A DNA stretch of 64,000 nt from Candidatus Woesearchaeota archaeon. Its GTDB lineage: Archaea; Nanobdellota; Nanobdellia; Woesearchaeales; ARS49. Below, piece after piece: positions 37,372 to 46,946 of the stretch. The stretch covers positions 25,653 to 89,652 of the forward strand of contig JACQNC010000014.1 of NCBI GenBank assembly GCA_016203225.1. The letters are read 5' to 3'. The position numbers and the translations under genes were made by a program. A model generated the notes under the pieces. It ran no database searches. It saw only the letters and a program-made list of their open reading frames with translations, and was not told the DNA's origin. Numbering within the stretch: the stretch's first letter is position 1; each line of letters begins with the position of its first letter.

Positions 37372-38027
37372 GAGAAAACAACCAAGCCCTGTTCTACAGC
37401 ATAATCGCGCTTTTCGGCGTCGTGCTTGTCGCCGAGTACCTCATGCTCGTGCACGTAGGCGTGTTCCCGAGCGTCACCGGACTGCAGGCCTCTGACACGG
37501 GAGTCGCGCTGCTCGAGATCGCATCTACCGCATCCTTGCGGTTCGCGGTGGATGTCGTCAACTTCCAGAACGGTTCTGTAAACACGTCTTCGGGCAACAC
37601 CGTGTGCACTATGGACACGACCGGAGTCAGCCTGTTGAGGAGCCAGTGCATCAACTTCACGAACGTCACCGCCGGATTCCAGATAGAGAACGACGGCTCT
37701 ACCAATCTCACAGTAAACCTCTCATCAGACAAGGACGCAGACGCATTCCTCGGCGGAAGCGCCTCGTTGAACGAGTTCAAGTGGGCGATCTCGCAGAACG
37801 AGACAGGCTCGTGCAAGAACACGACTGGTGGCACGGGCGGCACGACCGTGACTCCGACCGTGTATTCTGACGTCAACGCGACAGCTGGAGGCATCACGGT
37901 GTGTCCGTTCCTGCAGTTCATAGACGCGTCGGACAGCATCAAGGTCGACATCAACGTCACCATCCCGTACGATGCAACATCGGGCGTCAAGACGGCGACA
38001 CTGACCGCGACCGGCACAACGGTATAG
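37368..38027 (+). CDS. Pilin-like/surface subunit, paralog 2
   Basis: Mature domain nearly identical to 35145-35816, different N-terminal TM. Confidence 0.82.
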   Translation: MRENNQALFYSIIALFGVVLVAEYLMLVHVGVFPSVTGLQASDTGVALLEIASTASLRFAVDVVNFQNGSVNTSSGNTVCTMDTTGVSLLRSQCINFTNVTAGFQIENDGSTNLTVNLSSDKDADAFLGGSASLNEFKWAISQNETGSCKNTTGGTGGTTVTPTVYSDVNATAGGITVCPFLQFIDASDSIKVDINVTIPYDATSGVKTATLTATGTTV

Positions 38028-38088
38028 GGCGCCTCCGCATTTTGGGACGCTCGAAAGGTATATAAGCCCTCGACGGCATTCCACGCCC

Positions 38089-38775
38089 ATGCGAAAAAGA
38101 GGTGATTGGCCTGAGAACGCGGTCTATGCTCTTCTCGGCGTGCTCGTGGTCGCGCTCGCGATCCAAGCGTACGTGCTCGTGCGCGCCGTGCCAGAACCGC
38201 AGCTCATGCCGCTCACGGCCAGGCAAGCCAGCGGCACCGTGTCGTTCCGCATCATCGGAACTTGCAGCGGGCCCATCAGCCAAGGTTGGAACCTCATCTC
38301 GCTCTGCGCCAACGTCAGCAACACCAACATCACGGCAGTGCTCTCGGAGATCGATTACAGGTACGTGATGCGGTGGAACGAGACAGCGCAGAACTTCCAG
38401 ATTTTCTCACCGCTGGCCGCGAGCAACCCGTTCACGCGGTTCGAGACCAACCGCAGCTATTTCGTCTACCTCAACAGCGTCTCGGGATCGATAGAGCCGA
38501 ACAGCAACACCAACCCCGACATGAACATCACGCTCACCACGGGCTGGAGCACGCCCGCGTGGCCTTACGAGTTCGACGTGAACTTCACGCGATACTTCAA
38601 CAGCACAGTGCACCGCTACCACATGAAGTGGAACGCGACCACGCAGCAGTTCGTCATCTGGAGCCCGCGCGCGGCCGCGCCGCCTCCTTCATTGATGTTC
38701 GTCGGCGACGGCCAGTTCGTGTACTCCGACGTCACTAACGTGCTGAGCTACAACAAGACGAACCTCACGACATGA
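38089..38775 (+). CDS. Secreted protein with two GW(N/S)-type repeats
   Basis: TM, QASGTVSFRI strand, QGWNLIS / TGWSTPA and YRYVMRWN / HRYHMKWN duplicated units. Confidence 0.75.
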   Translation: MRKRGDWPENAVYALLGVLVVALAIQAYVLVRAVPEPQLMPLTARQASGTVSFRIIGTCSGPISQGWNLISLCANVSNTNITAVLSEIDYRYVMRWNETAQNFQIFSPLAASNPFTRFETNRSYFVYLNSVSGSIEPNSNTNPDMNITLTTGWSTPAWPYEFDVNFTRYFNSTVHRYHMKWNATTQQFVIWSPRAAAPPPSLMFVGDGQFVYSDVTNVLSYNKTNLTT

Positions 38776-38804
38776 AAATGACCCCCAACGTCCCCGCTTT
38801 TCTT

Positions 38805-38875
38805 CCCAAGCGGTTTTGTAGTGGTGTGATAACTACCAAATCAATACCGATAAAGCGACGTCAAACCTGCCTGGG
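38805..38875. repeat. Palindromic element copy D (71 bp)
   Basis: CCCAAGCGGTTTTGTAGTGG...ACGTCAAACCTGCCTGGG. Confidence 0.88.
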
Positions 38876-38906
38876 AACGCAATGTATGCGCTCACCCGCA
38901 GTTCTC

Positions 38907-38977
38907 CCCCGGCAGATTGGTAGTGGAGTCATTGCGATCGCTTCGATGCGGGTGAAGCGACGTCAAACCTGCTTGGG
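38907..38977. repeat. Palindromic element copy E (71 bp)
   Basis: CCCCGGCAGATTGGTAGTGG...ACGTCAAACCTGCTTGGG; 102-bp spacing from copy D. Confidence 0.88.
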
Positions 38978-39067
38978 CTTGCTCGGCAGGGGAAGCTCAT
39001 TAGACAGCTCATCACGCCTGGGAACGGACGTAGTAGAATCCCATCCAAACCTTTTTAAGACCAAACA

Positions 39068-40783
39068 ATGAACAAGAAGCCCATGCGAAAAGAGGTCGTC
39101 GTGCTAGCGGTACTTCTAGTTTTGCTATCGTCCTCGGCATATGCCATATTCACCGGCACGATCGAGGGCTACGTCTACTTCCTGAACGGATCGCTGGTGA
39201 ACTCTGGCGCATCAGTCAACGCATCGGTCGCGCCGTGCTCGGGCGACGGCTGCACAGGCAACACCACGACCGACACGAACTCCTACTACGTGATCGCCAA
39301 CCTCAACCTTCCCGCGAACGGCACCATCACTGCAGCGGCCAGCAAGAGCTCGCACAGCGGCTCCAACACCACGACCGCGAACGCATTCATGGCGGCCTAC
39401 GCGAACATCACCATCTGCCGGCCTCCCTCGACCCCGAACCTGACCGCCGCGGTGGACAACCACGACACCAACCGCACGCTCTCCTGGACGTCCGGCGTCG
39501 ACCCGAACGGGTATCCGACCTATGACATCTTCCAGTTCTCATCGAACGCGTCCGTGACAGGAGCGACTTCACCGCAGGCCGTCTCCGGACTGACCATCGG
39601 CAGTTCGTACACGTGGCGCGTCGCGACGTGCAACAACGTCTCAGGCAACGGCTGCTGCTCCTCGAACAGCACCGACACGTTCAACGTGACGAATGCCGCT
39701 CCGAGCGCACCCAATCTCACCGCAGAAGCGGACACGGATTCCACAAGCGTGACTTTCGAATGGACGTCCGGCGTCGACTCCGACGGTGACGCGACCTATG
39801 ACGAGTTCTACCTCTCGAACACCACCGACTTCTCGGTCAACATCAGCTCGTCAGGGAACGCGACCTCACCCGTGACCGTGAGCGCGCTCTCGACGCCGAT
39901 GGCGTTCTATTGGCGAGTGCGCACGTGCGACGTGTCCGGCTCGTGCAGCGCCTACAGCCTCGACGCGTTCATCGTGAGCACTTGCACCGCATCCTCTGGA
40001 GGCGGTGGCGGAGGCGGCGGCAGCGGCGGCGCGTCCTCGTGCGAAGGCAACCCATTCGACGAATGCGTAATCGGAGACAAGGGCTGCCGAGGCAACTCCC
40101 GATTGCTGTGCGGCAACTTCGACACGGACATCTATCTCGAGCTCGGCGCGGTCGACTGCAAGACCGGTGAGACGTGCGACAACGGCGCTTGCGTGGCCGA
40201 GTGCGAAGAACAATGGGCCTGTTCGGAGTGGAGCGGCTGCTCCGCGGCAGGCGTCGAGACGCGCTCGTGCGAAGAGCTCAGCGGTTGCGGCACCGATGAC
40301 TTGAGACCCCTGGATTCCAGGTCATGCATCCCCGGCCTCGGCGAGACTCCACTGCTGATCGGCGTGCCGCCGTTCACCATCGCGCCGCCTGACGTGTTGA
40401 CGACCCCTATCGTCCCCATCGCTACGGCGCTGTTGGCGCTGTTGCTCGCTGCGCTCACATTGTCGCTCGTGTTCGACAAGCAGCTCGACACGCTCGTGCT
40501 GTACGGGCAACTGCAGCGCGGGACAGGATTCCTGAGACGCAGGCAGTTCGCGAAAGCCGACGTGTACAACAAGCAAGTGCTCGACCCGCACGTCCGCAAG
40601 GCGCCGCTCGACGAGCGCAAGCCGTTCCACCGCAAGCTGCTGCGCAGATACCACGAGATCAACCGCGACATCGCGCGCTACCACGAGCAGTTGGCCCGCC
40701 AGGTAGGAGAGAGGACGAAAGCCGAAGAGTTCGCCAGACGCGTCGACGAATACGCGAAACAGGCGATGAAATACGCGAAGTGA
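39068..40783 (+). CDS. Surface protein with FN3-like repeats, Cys-rich TSP1-like segment, TM and helical cytoplasmic tail
   Basis: Signal peptide, YTWRVATC / FYWRVRTC, poly-Gly linker, WACSEWSGCS. Confidence 0.8.
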   Translation: MNKKPMRKEVVVLAVLLVLLSSSAYAIFTGTIEGYVYFLNGSLVNSGASVNASVAPCSGDGCTGNTTTDTNSYYVIANLNLPANGTITAAASKSSHSGSNTTTANAFMAAYANITICRPPSTPNLTAAVDNHDTNRTLSWTSGVDPNGYPTYDIFQFSSNASVTGATSPQAVSGLTIGSSYTWRVATCNNVSGNGCCSSNSTDTFNVTNAAPSAPNLTAEADTDSTSVTFEWTSGVDSDGDATYDEFYLSNTTDFSVNISSSGNATSPVTVSALSTPMAFYWRVRTCDVSGSCSAYSLDAFIVSTCTASSGGGGGGGGSGGASSCEGNPFDECVIGDKGCRGNSRLLCGNFDTDIYLELGAVDCKTGETCDNGACVAECEEQWACSEWSGCSAAGVETRSCEELSGCGTDDLRPLDSRSCIPGLGETPLLIGVPPFTIAPPDVLTTPIVPIATALLALLLAALTLSLVFDKQLDTLVLYGQLQRGTGFLRRRQFAKADVYNKQVLDPHVRKAPLDERKPFHRKLLRRYHEINRDIARYHEQLARQVGERTKAEEFARRVDEYAKQAMKYAK

Positions 40784-40868
40784 GCGAGCGAAACGTTTAT
40801 ATATGGAACGATGCTCGGTCACGCAAGGTCACATACGGTCCCAGGACCGGAAAAAAGGTGTTCGTGGA

Positions 40869-43385
40869 ATGAAAGGTGTCCTGCTGTTGGTCGTTCTTAC
40901 CTCTCTTTTGGTTATGCCCTCTGTTTTCGCGATCGACCCAATAACGGTCACGTTTGTTGGAGGTGCGCTGTCTGCGGTGGGGACCGACTACCAACTAGTC
41001 ATCGCGCCGGGAGGCCAACGCGATAGTTTCCAATTCGTAGCAGATAACGCCAACGACGCGTCGCTGAACACGCCTGTGGTCACGGTACAATTGACAATCG
41101 ATGCGGCAGCGCAACAAATCGCCATAACCCCTGATGGAGTCACTCCAGTCGCGGTCATCAACTCTCCAACTGCAGGCACGTATACCATCTCGTTCACGGG
41201 CATCACTGCAGCCGCTAGCGCGACAATCGGATACATCACAGTCACCACCGCAGGCTCGCCAGTGATTGCGACCATCAAGGGATATGTGACAACCATCGCG
41301 CAAACCACTCCGACGCTCGCGCAGATAGGCGCGCTCGCGAACACGCCCTCAGGATTCACAAATGTCAACCCCGCAGTAACGCTGAGCATCACTGGTTTCA
41401 ACACTCCAACAACAGTGATAGATAACCTGAACGTGCCGATCCGCGTTAATATAAACAACAAGGAAGCCCGAACAACGCGCATCGTCAACATCCGTACCGC
41501 CCAAACCGTGGCAAGCACAGGAACCGTCACGTTCAGCATCCCCAGGACCCAGTATATCATCACATCGGGAGGAAACACCCAAACCGGGTCGATTGAAAAG
41601 CGTTCAGAGAACAACCTGCAAGTCATGGCGTTGCCTGCGATACCATTCTTGGCAAACACGCGGATTACAACTCAGCTCACATCCACCGCGCTTGCCAGCC
41701 TATTGACGCTCACCGCGCCTTCAACCGGGGTCAACGTCTGGACCAAAAACGGCAATTCCGTGCAGAATGTCGTAACCTATATAGTGTACATGGATGCCAA
41801 CGTCGCAACAGGCCATGCAACCGTCTTTTTGGAACAGGCAACGGCGCTTTCAGCTTCAATAACCCGACTGGGTGGAACGCCAGTGCTGTTGCCGGCATCA
41901 TCCATCACCGAATCAACCTGGCCAGCTTACCAGGAGAATTTCCTCAAGAACCATGTTCATCTCATCTATGGCCCGCAAGGAGATATCAATGGCCAGAGCA
42001 GTATCGTTCAGGGTATATTCAACGACCCGCTTGACTTCGTAAAATGGATGTGGCTGATTCCCTTCTCTCCGACATACCTGAACGCATCCAATATCACGGA
42101 ATTCAACAGCACCGGACTGTATCTGAACGCAACAGGCAGCATCAGCCTGGCAGGAAAGAACATCACCTGTTTCGGCCCGGCAAGCAACGTCTCCTTCAAC
42201 ACTACCGCAGCAGGTAACCTGTCCAATTTCACCAACCTGACTGACTCGATCGATTTCCCCGAGCTCAACGCCACCAACAGCACCAACGGCACCGCCACGA
42301 ACGGCTCGATCGTCATATGCACCGACCCTGGAATCGATGGTCCTGCCGCGATAGTCAGTGTCGGTGGCAGCGCATTCGCGTCGACCATCCCTCCATTGAC
42401 GATTGCATCCTCTACAGTCGGCGTCGGAGGAACTGCCGCGCTTGACACGCTGATCTCATCGACGCTCTCTCCGAGTTATGTGGCCGCTGCGGGCTTCCCA
42501 GGAACAATCGCTTTCGCAACACCCTATTCGACCGCTAGCTCGCTTACCGCAACCGCTGCCGGATTCGGTCCCTTCGGATCCGGCTCAACATCGGTCTGGA
42601 TGCCCGTCCCGTGGTTTATCGGTGGAAGCGGATTCGCAGTCGCGTTCCCCAATGGCTGGGCGACCCACTCCATTCTTCAAACAGGATCAGGGTCTCCCAT
42701 GTCGGGCACAGGCACGTTCTCGATGAACGTCAGACTCACAGACTATCTCAAGTATGCTTCGCAGGGCAAGCCCCCGACTGTAGGTAACACTAACGTGAAC
42801 GCGATCAAAGTCGCCACGACGACTGCGGGATCTCCGCCATCATCAGGACAAGCAATCATCCGTGCTGCAGGAGGAGTATCTAACAGCATCAGCGTCACGT
42901 CTGTCACAGAGGTAGCCACTGACTCGGGGACTCAAGTGAATATCGTCGGGACGTTCAACAGCGCGACGACCGGCTACGCATTCGGTTCCGAGTCCAACCT
43001 AACAATATACGACGAGACCGACTCGACAACACAGTATCCAGGAGACACGATAGAGTTCTTCGCGGACTACTACAACGCGACATCGAGCGCGGACATCCTC
43101 GGAGCATCGTGTAACGCGAGCTTCGCGGTCGATAGCACGACCCAGTCGATGACGTACAACGCAGCCGCAGGCGCGTACAAGACCACGAAAGCGTATGGCG
43201 CTTCCGGAACTACGAACTGGAACGTCTCGTGCTACTCGACTACATTCAACGAGACACTCTGGGCCAACGACACAGTCACCATCGCCACGATGGGAGTTCC
43301 CGAGTTCAGCACGTGGACGCTCTTGATCGCGCTCGCGGGCGTGATGGTCGGCTTCTTCGCCATCCGGGCGAGGAAAGGAGTCTAA
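40869..43385 (+). CDS. Secreted glycoprotein with PEF-CTERM sorting signal
   Basis: Signal peptide; C-terminus VPEFS-TM-RARK. Confidence 0.82.
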   Translation: MKGVLLLVVLTSLLVMPSVFAIDPITVTFVGGALSAVGTDYQLVIAPGGQRDSFQFVADNANDASLNTPVVTVQLTIDAAAQQIAITPDGVTPVAVINSPTAGTYTISFTGITAAASATIGYITVTTAGSPVIATIKGYVTTIAQTTPTLAQIGALANTPSGFTNVNPAVTLSITGFNTPTTVIDNLNVPIRVNINNKEARTTRIVNIRTAQTVASTGTVTFSIPRTQYIITSGGNTQTGSIEKRSENNLQVMALPAIPFLANTRITTQLTSTALASLLTLTAPSTGVNVWTKNGNSVQNVVTYIVYMDANVATGHATVFLEQATALSASITRLGGTPVLLPASSITESTWPAYQENFLKNHVHLIYGPQGDINGQSSIVQGIFNDPLDFVKWMWLIPFSPTYLNASNITEFNSTGLYLNATGSISLAGKNITCFGPASNVSFNTTAAGNLSNFTNLTDSIDFPELNATNSTNGTATNGSIVICTDPGIDGPAAIVSVGGSAFASTIPPLTIASSTVGVGGTAALDTLISSTLSPSYVAAAGFPGTIAFATPYSTASSLTATAAGFGPFGSGSTSVWMPVPWFIGGSGFAVAFPNGWATHSILQTGSGSPMSGTGTFSMNVRLTDYLKYASQGKPPTVGNTNVNAIKVATTTAGSPPSSGQAIIRAAGGVSNSISVTSVTEVATDSGTQVNIVGTFNSATTGYAFGSESNLTIYDETDSTTQYPGDTIEFFADYYNATSSADILGASCNASFAVDSTTQSMTYNAAAGAYKTTKAYGASGTTNWNVSCYSTTFNETLWANDTVTIATMGVPEFSTWTLLIALAGVMVGFFAIRARKGV

Positions 43386-43437
43386 GTTTTATTTACTTTC
43401 CTGTGGTTACGACTCTTTTTATAGTGCGTAGGTGTGA

Positions 43438-45153
43438 ATGAACGATATGCGCGTCATCCATTTCCTCATGTTTTTCATCCTGATGGCAGGCATACCTGCG
43501 GCGTTCGCGAGCCAGATCACAGGAGACGCCAGCCTGACTCCCTGCAAGGAGCTGGGCGCCAGCGAGAGATTATGCGACGGGAACACTGTCAAGATATACT
43601 CTTGCGTGGGGGACCCGGAAGCGCCGCCCTCGAGCGGGGGATACTGGGACCTCAAATCTGGTGAGAATTGCGACGATAAACTCTGCCCGGGCAACGCCAG
43701 AGCGACCTGCGTCGATCCTTCCAATAACGGCGGCGCGGCGCACTGCGTCTGCCCCGACGAAGATGCCATTCCCTCAAAAGATGCGCCTTTCGAGGACATT
43801 TTAGACGGAGATATCGTAGTCACATTCCCCAAAAAATTTGCAGAAGATGAAACTCCCTACTATGATGAGATGTTGAAGGAAATAATCGAGAGCTTCTGGT
43901 TCCGATTCTTCTACCCCGACTGGTTCGGGTACTTCATGGGCGTCGCGTACCGTGCGAAGCAGGCAGGGCGTTCTGGAAGTGAGTCCGAGCGAGCGTTCGC
44001 GAGCATCACGCCGCTTGCTGATGACTTTGTCGTAACTGACGAGGGCGTGTTCGTCGCGAAGGCGCAACACATTTTGATAGGACTGAACGACAAGGCAGTG
44101 GGTCGCGCCAAATATGGCGCGAAAACGCAGTATGGAACGCGAACGCTTGAGGTCACAGTGACCGAGTCAAAAGTTTATAGCCAAGATAATGGCGTTACTG
44201 AACTCATCGCCACGGCAAAAGAGCTCGGCCTTGACGCCATTCAAGCGGCCAAACAGACAGGTGACTCGATCACATTCTATGGTGTTGAGGGCGATAAATT
44301 CGTGGAGGTCAGGGCAGCCGCGCTCGTTGAGGTCGCGCGAGCGAGCGCCTCGACACAGACCGGCGGCGTCAGGCTAACTCTCGCGCCCGTCGAGAAGAAA
44401 GCGACGACGCAAGAACGCATCATAAACATCCGGAAAGAACAGTCCACTTCGAGTGATGGTTCTGGAACGGTTATTGTCACGATTATGAAGAGTGTGTTCG
44501 AAGTAACTAAGGATGGCAGCGTCAATAAATTAGAAAACGTTCCGCAAAAGGTTGTGGCCACGGATGATGAGGTCGCACGTAACATGCAAGAAATCGTGCG
44601 ACGCGGTGAAGCGATCGCAGAGCAGGTGGGACAGATAACTCTCGTTGCGACGCGTGTCGGGACAACCGACTCGGCGTATGCTTTATTGAACGCGCAAGTA
44701 GCTGCACGTTTGACCATCGCATTCGCAGCACGGGCATTATCCGCAGAAGAGGCACGTGGCCTAACCCCGGCGATCTCCGTTCATTACCTGCCAGGAGTCT
44801 GGAAAAAGGAATTCCGAATCCCGCCAGGACAGTTCGCATACCTACTTGCGGACAGGATCGCGCAGGCCGCGCAAGACGCGGTGACGCGGACAAAGGCTAC
44901 CGAAGAGGAGGCAAAGGAGGTCAATGAACGCGTGACGGCGCTGGCGTCTACGGCACCGTCAGGCACATCGTACACGTGCGAGTGGACATGCAGAAACAGT
45001 GGCACTAAGGTGTTCGCGGGCACGGCTTGCAGTAAGTCTGGTGACATCGATGCCCAGTGCGATACCGCAACCAATAAGGCCAGTGCTGATGCGAATGCTG
45101 CAGGCGGCGGCAACTGTTTCTACAGTGGTGCAGTCGCGCTTGGTGTCTGCTGA
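43438..45153 (+). CDS. Secreted protein with Cys-rich termini
   Basis: Signal peptide, Cys-rich N- and C-terminal domains; central region similar to the preceding gene. Confidence 0.7.
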   Translation: MNDMRVIHFLMFFILMAGIPAAFASQITGDASLTPCKELGASERLCDGNTVKIYSCVGDPEAPPSSGGYWDLKSGENCDDKLCPGNARATCVDPSNNGGAAHCVCPDEDAIPSKDAPFEDILDGDIVVTFPKKFAEDETPYYDEMLKEIIESFWFRFFYPDWFGYFMGVAYRAKQAGRSGSESERAFASITPLADDFVVTDEGVFVAKAQHILIGLNDKAVGRAKYGAKTQYGTRTLEVTVTESKVYSQDNGVTELIATAKELGLDAIQAAKQTGDSITFYGVEGDKFVEVRAAALVEVARASASTQTGGVRLTLAPVEKKATTQERIINIRKEQSTSSDGSGTVIVTIMKSVFEVTKDGSVNKLENVPQKVVATDDEVARNMQEIVRRGEAIAEQVGQITLVATRVGTTDSAYALLNAQVAARLTIAFAARALSAEEARGLTPAISVHYLPGVWKKEFRIPPGQFAYLLADRIAQAAQDAVTRTKATEEEAKEVNERVTALASTAPSGTSYTCEWTCRNSGTKVFAGTACSKSGDIDAQCDTATNKASADANAAGGGNCFYSGAVALGVC

Positions 45154-45248
45154 CGATACCTTTATAAACAACCCTCTTGATTTTCTTCGTATCGCGATGT
45201 GGGTAGTTGCTTACCTGAAGCGTAGATGATATCAATGGAGGCACGATT

Positions 45249-45800
45249 ATGGGAATCTACAAGTACATCCGGAATTCTTGGCAGTCAGAGACTCCTGAAA
45301 TCAAAGCGTTGTGGAAAGACAGATTGATCAGCTGGCGCCGTGAACCGTCCACGCTCAGGCTCGAACACCCGACGCGACTCGATCGCGCCAGAGCGCTCGG
45401 CTACCGCGCGAAGGACGGAGTAATAATAGTCCGCCAGCGCGTCAACCGCGGCACGCACAGGCGTGAGGACTGGTCGGGCGGCAGGCACTCGAGCAACATG
45501 CAGATCCGCATGAACCTGCAGTTCAACTACCAATCCATCGCAGAACGCCGCGTGAACGACGTCTACCACAACTGCGAAGTCCTCGGCTCGTACTTCGTCG
45601 CCAAGGACGGAAAGCACGCCTGGTACGAGGTCATACTCGTCGACAGGAGCCACCCGCAAGTCCTCGCTGACGAACGCCTCGCGGGCGTCGCGAAACAACG
45701 CGCGAGAGCCTACCGCGGTCTGACGAGCGCGAACAGGAAGACGCGCGGACTCCGCCACAAGGGCAAGGGCACAGAACACGCAAGGGGCAAAAGGTTCTGA
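45249..45800 (+). CDS. rpl15e: 50S ribosomal protein L15e
   Basis: PTRLDRARALGYRAK, YEVILVD, RGLTSA motifs. Confidence 0.97.
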   Translation: MGIYKYIRNSWQSETPEIKALWKDRLISWRREPSTLRLEHPTRLDRARALGYRAKDGVIIVRQRVNRGTHRREDWSGGRHSSNMQIRMNLQFNYQSIAERRVNDVYHNCEVLGSYFVAKDGKHAWYEVILVDRSHPQVLADERLAGVAKQRARAYRGLTSANRKTRGLRHKGKGTEHARGKRF

Positions 45801-45868
45801 TAGTTTCTTTTTTGTCTTTTGTCTCTAGCGTGAGCTTCTCGCACCCTTTGCAGCCCCCGGTTTTTCTA

Positions 45869-45939
45869 CCCCGGCACGATTGACGTCTCATCACGGCTAT
45901 CGATCCAATTGCAATAATGCCACTACAAACCTGCTTGGG
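45869..45939. repeat. Palindromic element copy F (71 bp)
   Basis: CCCCGGCACGATTGACGT...CTACAAACCTGCTTGGG. Confidence 0.92.
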
Positions 45940-46005
45940 CAGTCACTCTGTCGCACTGGACAGTCGTGCGCGAACTATATAAGCAAGCGGCGCTGAACCG
46001 AACAT

Positions 46006-46839
46006 ATGGACAAACGTGCATTGGTCGTGTTCCAGGACAAGAAGATCCGGAGAACATGGTTCAATGAGGAATGGTGGTTTGTCGCGGCGGACATAATCGC
46101 CGCAGTAACCGACTCCAAAGACCCAGCAGGATATCTCAAAGATATGCGTCGCAGGGATGAAAGCTTCTCAGAAGGGTGGGGGAAAATTGCCACCACCCTT
46201 GGAATCGACACTCCCGGCGGCAAACAAGAACTCAATTGCGTGTCAACAAAAGGGGCTTTCCGGCTCCTTCAGTCAATTCCCTCTCCCAAAGCCGAGCCTT
46301 TCAAGCAGTGGCTCGCCCAAGTAGGATATGAGCGTGTGCAGGAGATCGAGAACCCTGAACTCGCCCAGGCGAGGATGAAGGAGCTATATCGCGCCAAGGG
46401 GTATTCCGATGACTGGATAGAGAAAAGGGTCAGAGGCATCTCCATCCGGCAAGAATTGACCGACGAGTGGAAAAAGCGGGGAGTGAAAGAAGAAAAAGAT
46501 TACGCCATCCTCACCAATGAGATAAGCAAAGCGACGTTCGGGAAGACGGTCGATGAGTATAAAGCGTTCAAAGGGCTCAAGAACGCGAACCTGAGGGATC
46601 ATATGCATGATCTTGAACTGATCTTCACCATGCTCGGCGAGCGGGTCACGACAGAGATCACGCGCGCAAAGGATACGAAAGAATTCCGCGAATGCAAAGG
46701 CGCCGCAAATGCGGGCGGTGAAGTGGCAGGCAACGCGAGAAGGGACGCCGAAAAAAGGATAGGAAAGACCATCGTTTCTGCCGAGAACTATCTCGACGAG
46801 CCTGAAAAAGAGAAACGGAAACGGCTTACTAGACAATAA
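46006..46839 (+). CDS. BRO-N family / phage antirepressor-like protein
   Basis: IRRTW...WWF, RLLQSIPSPKAEPFKQWLA, NLRDHM motifs. Confidence 0.9.
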   Translation: MDKRALVVFQDKKIRRTWFNEEWWFVAADIIAAVTDSKDPAGYLKDMRRRDESFSEGWGKIATTLGIDTPGGKQELNCVSTKGAFRLLQSIPSPKAEPFKQWLAQVGYERVQEIENPELAQARMKELYRAKGYSDDWIEKRVRGISIRQELTDEWKKRGVKEEKDYAILTNEISKATFGKTVDEYKAFKGLKNANLRDHMHDLELIFTMLGERVTTEITRAKDTKEFRECKGAANAGGEVAGNARRDAEKRIGKTIVSAENYLDEPEKEKRKRLTRQ

Positions 46840-46946
46840 TTCAAGCAGAGTTCTTGACAATTGATCTGCGAAGACCTGGATGAGTCAGTCCCCATCTCTC
46901 CCCGCACCCGTTGCAGCCCTTGTTCCCGAGTTCCCCGGTTTTTCTA

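Noticed and set aside
35318-38023. Duplicated domain as a DGR template/variable repeat pair
   Set aside because: Differences are not confined to adenines, both copies are in intact genes, and there is no reverse transcriptase in the window.
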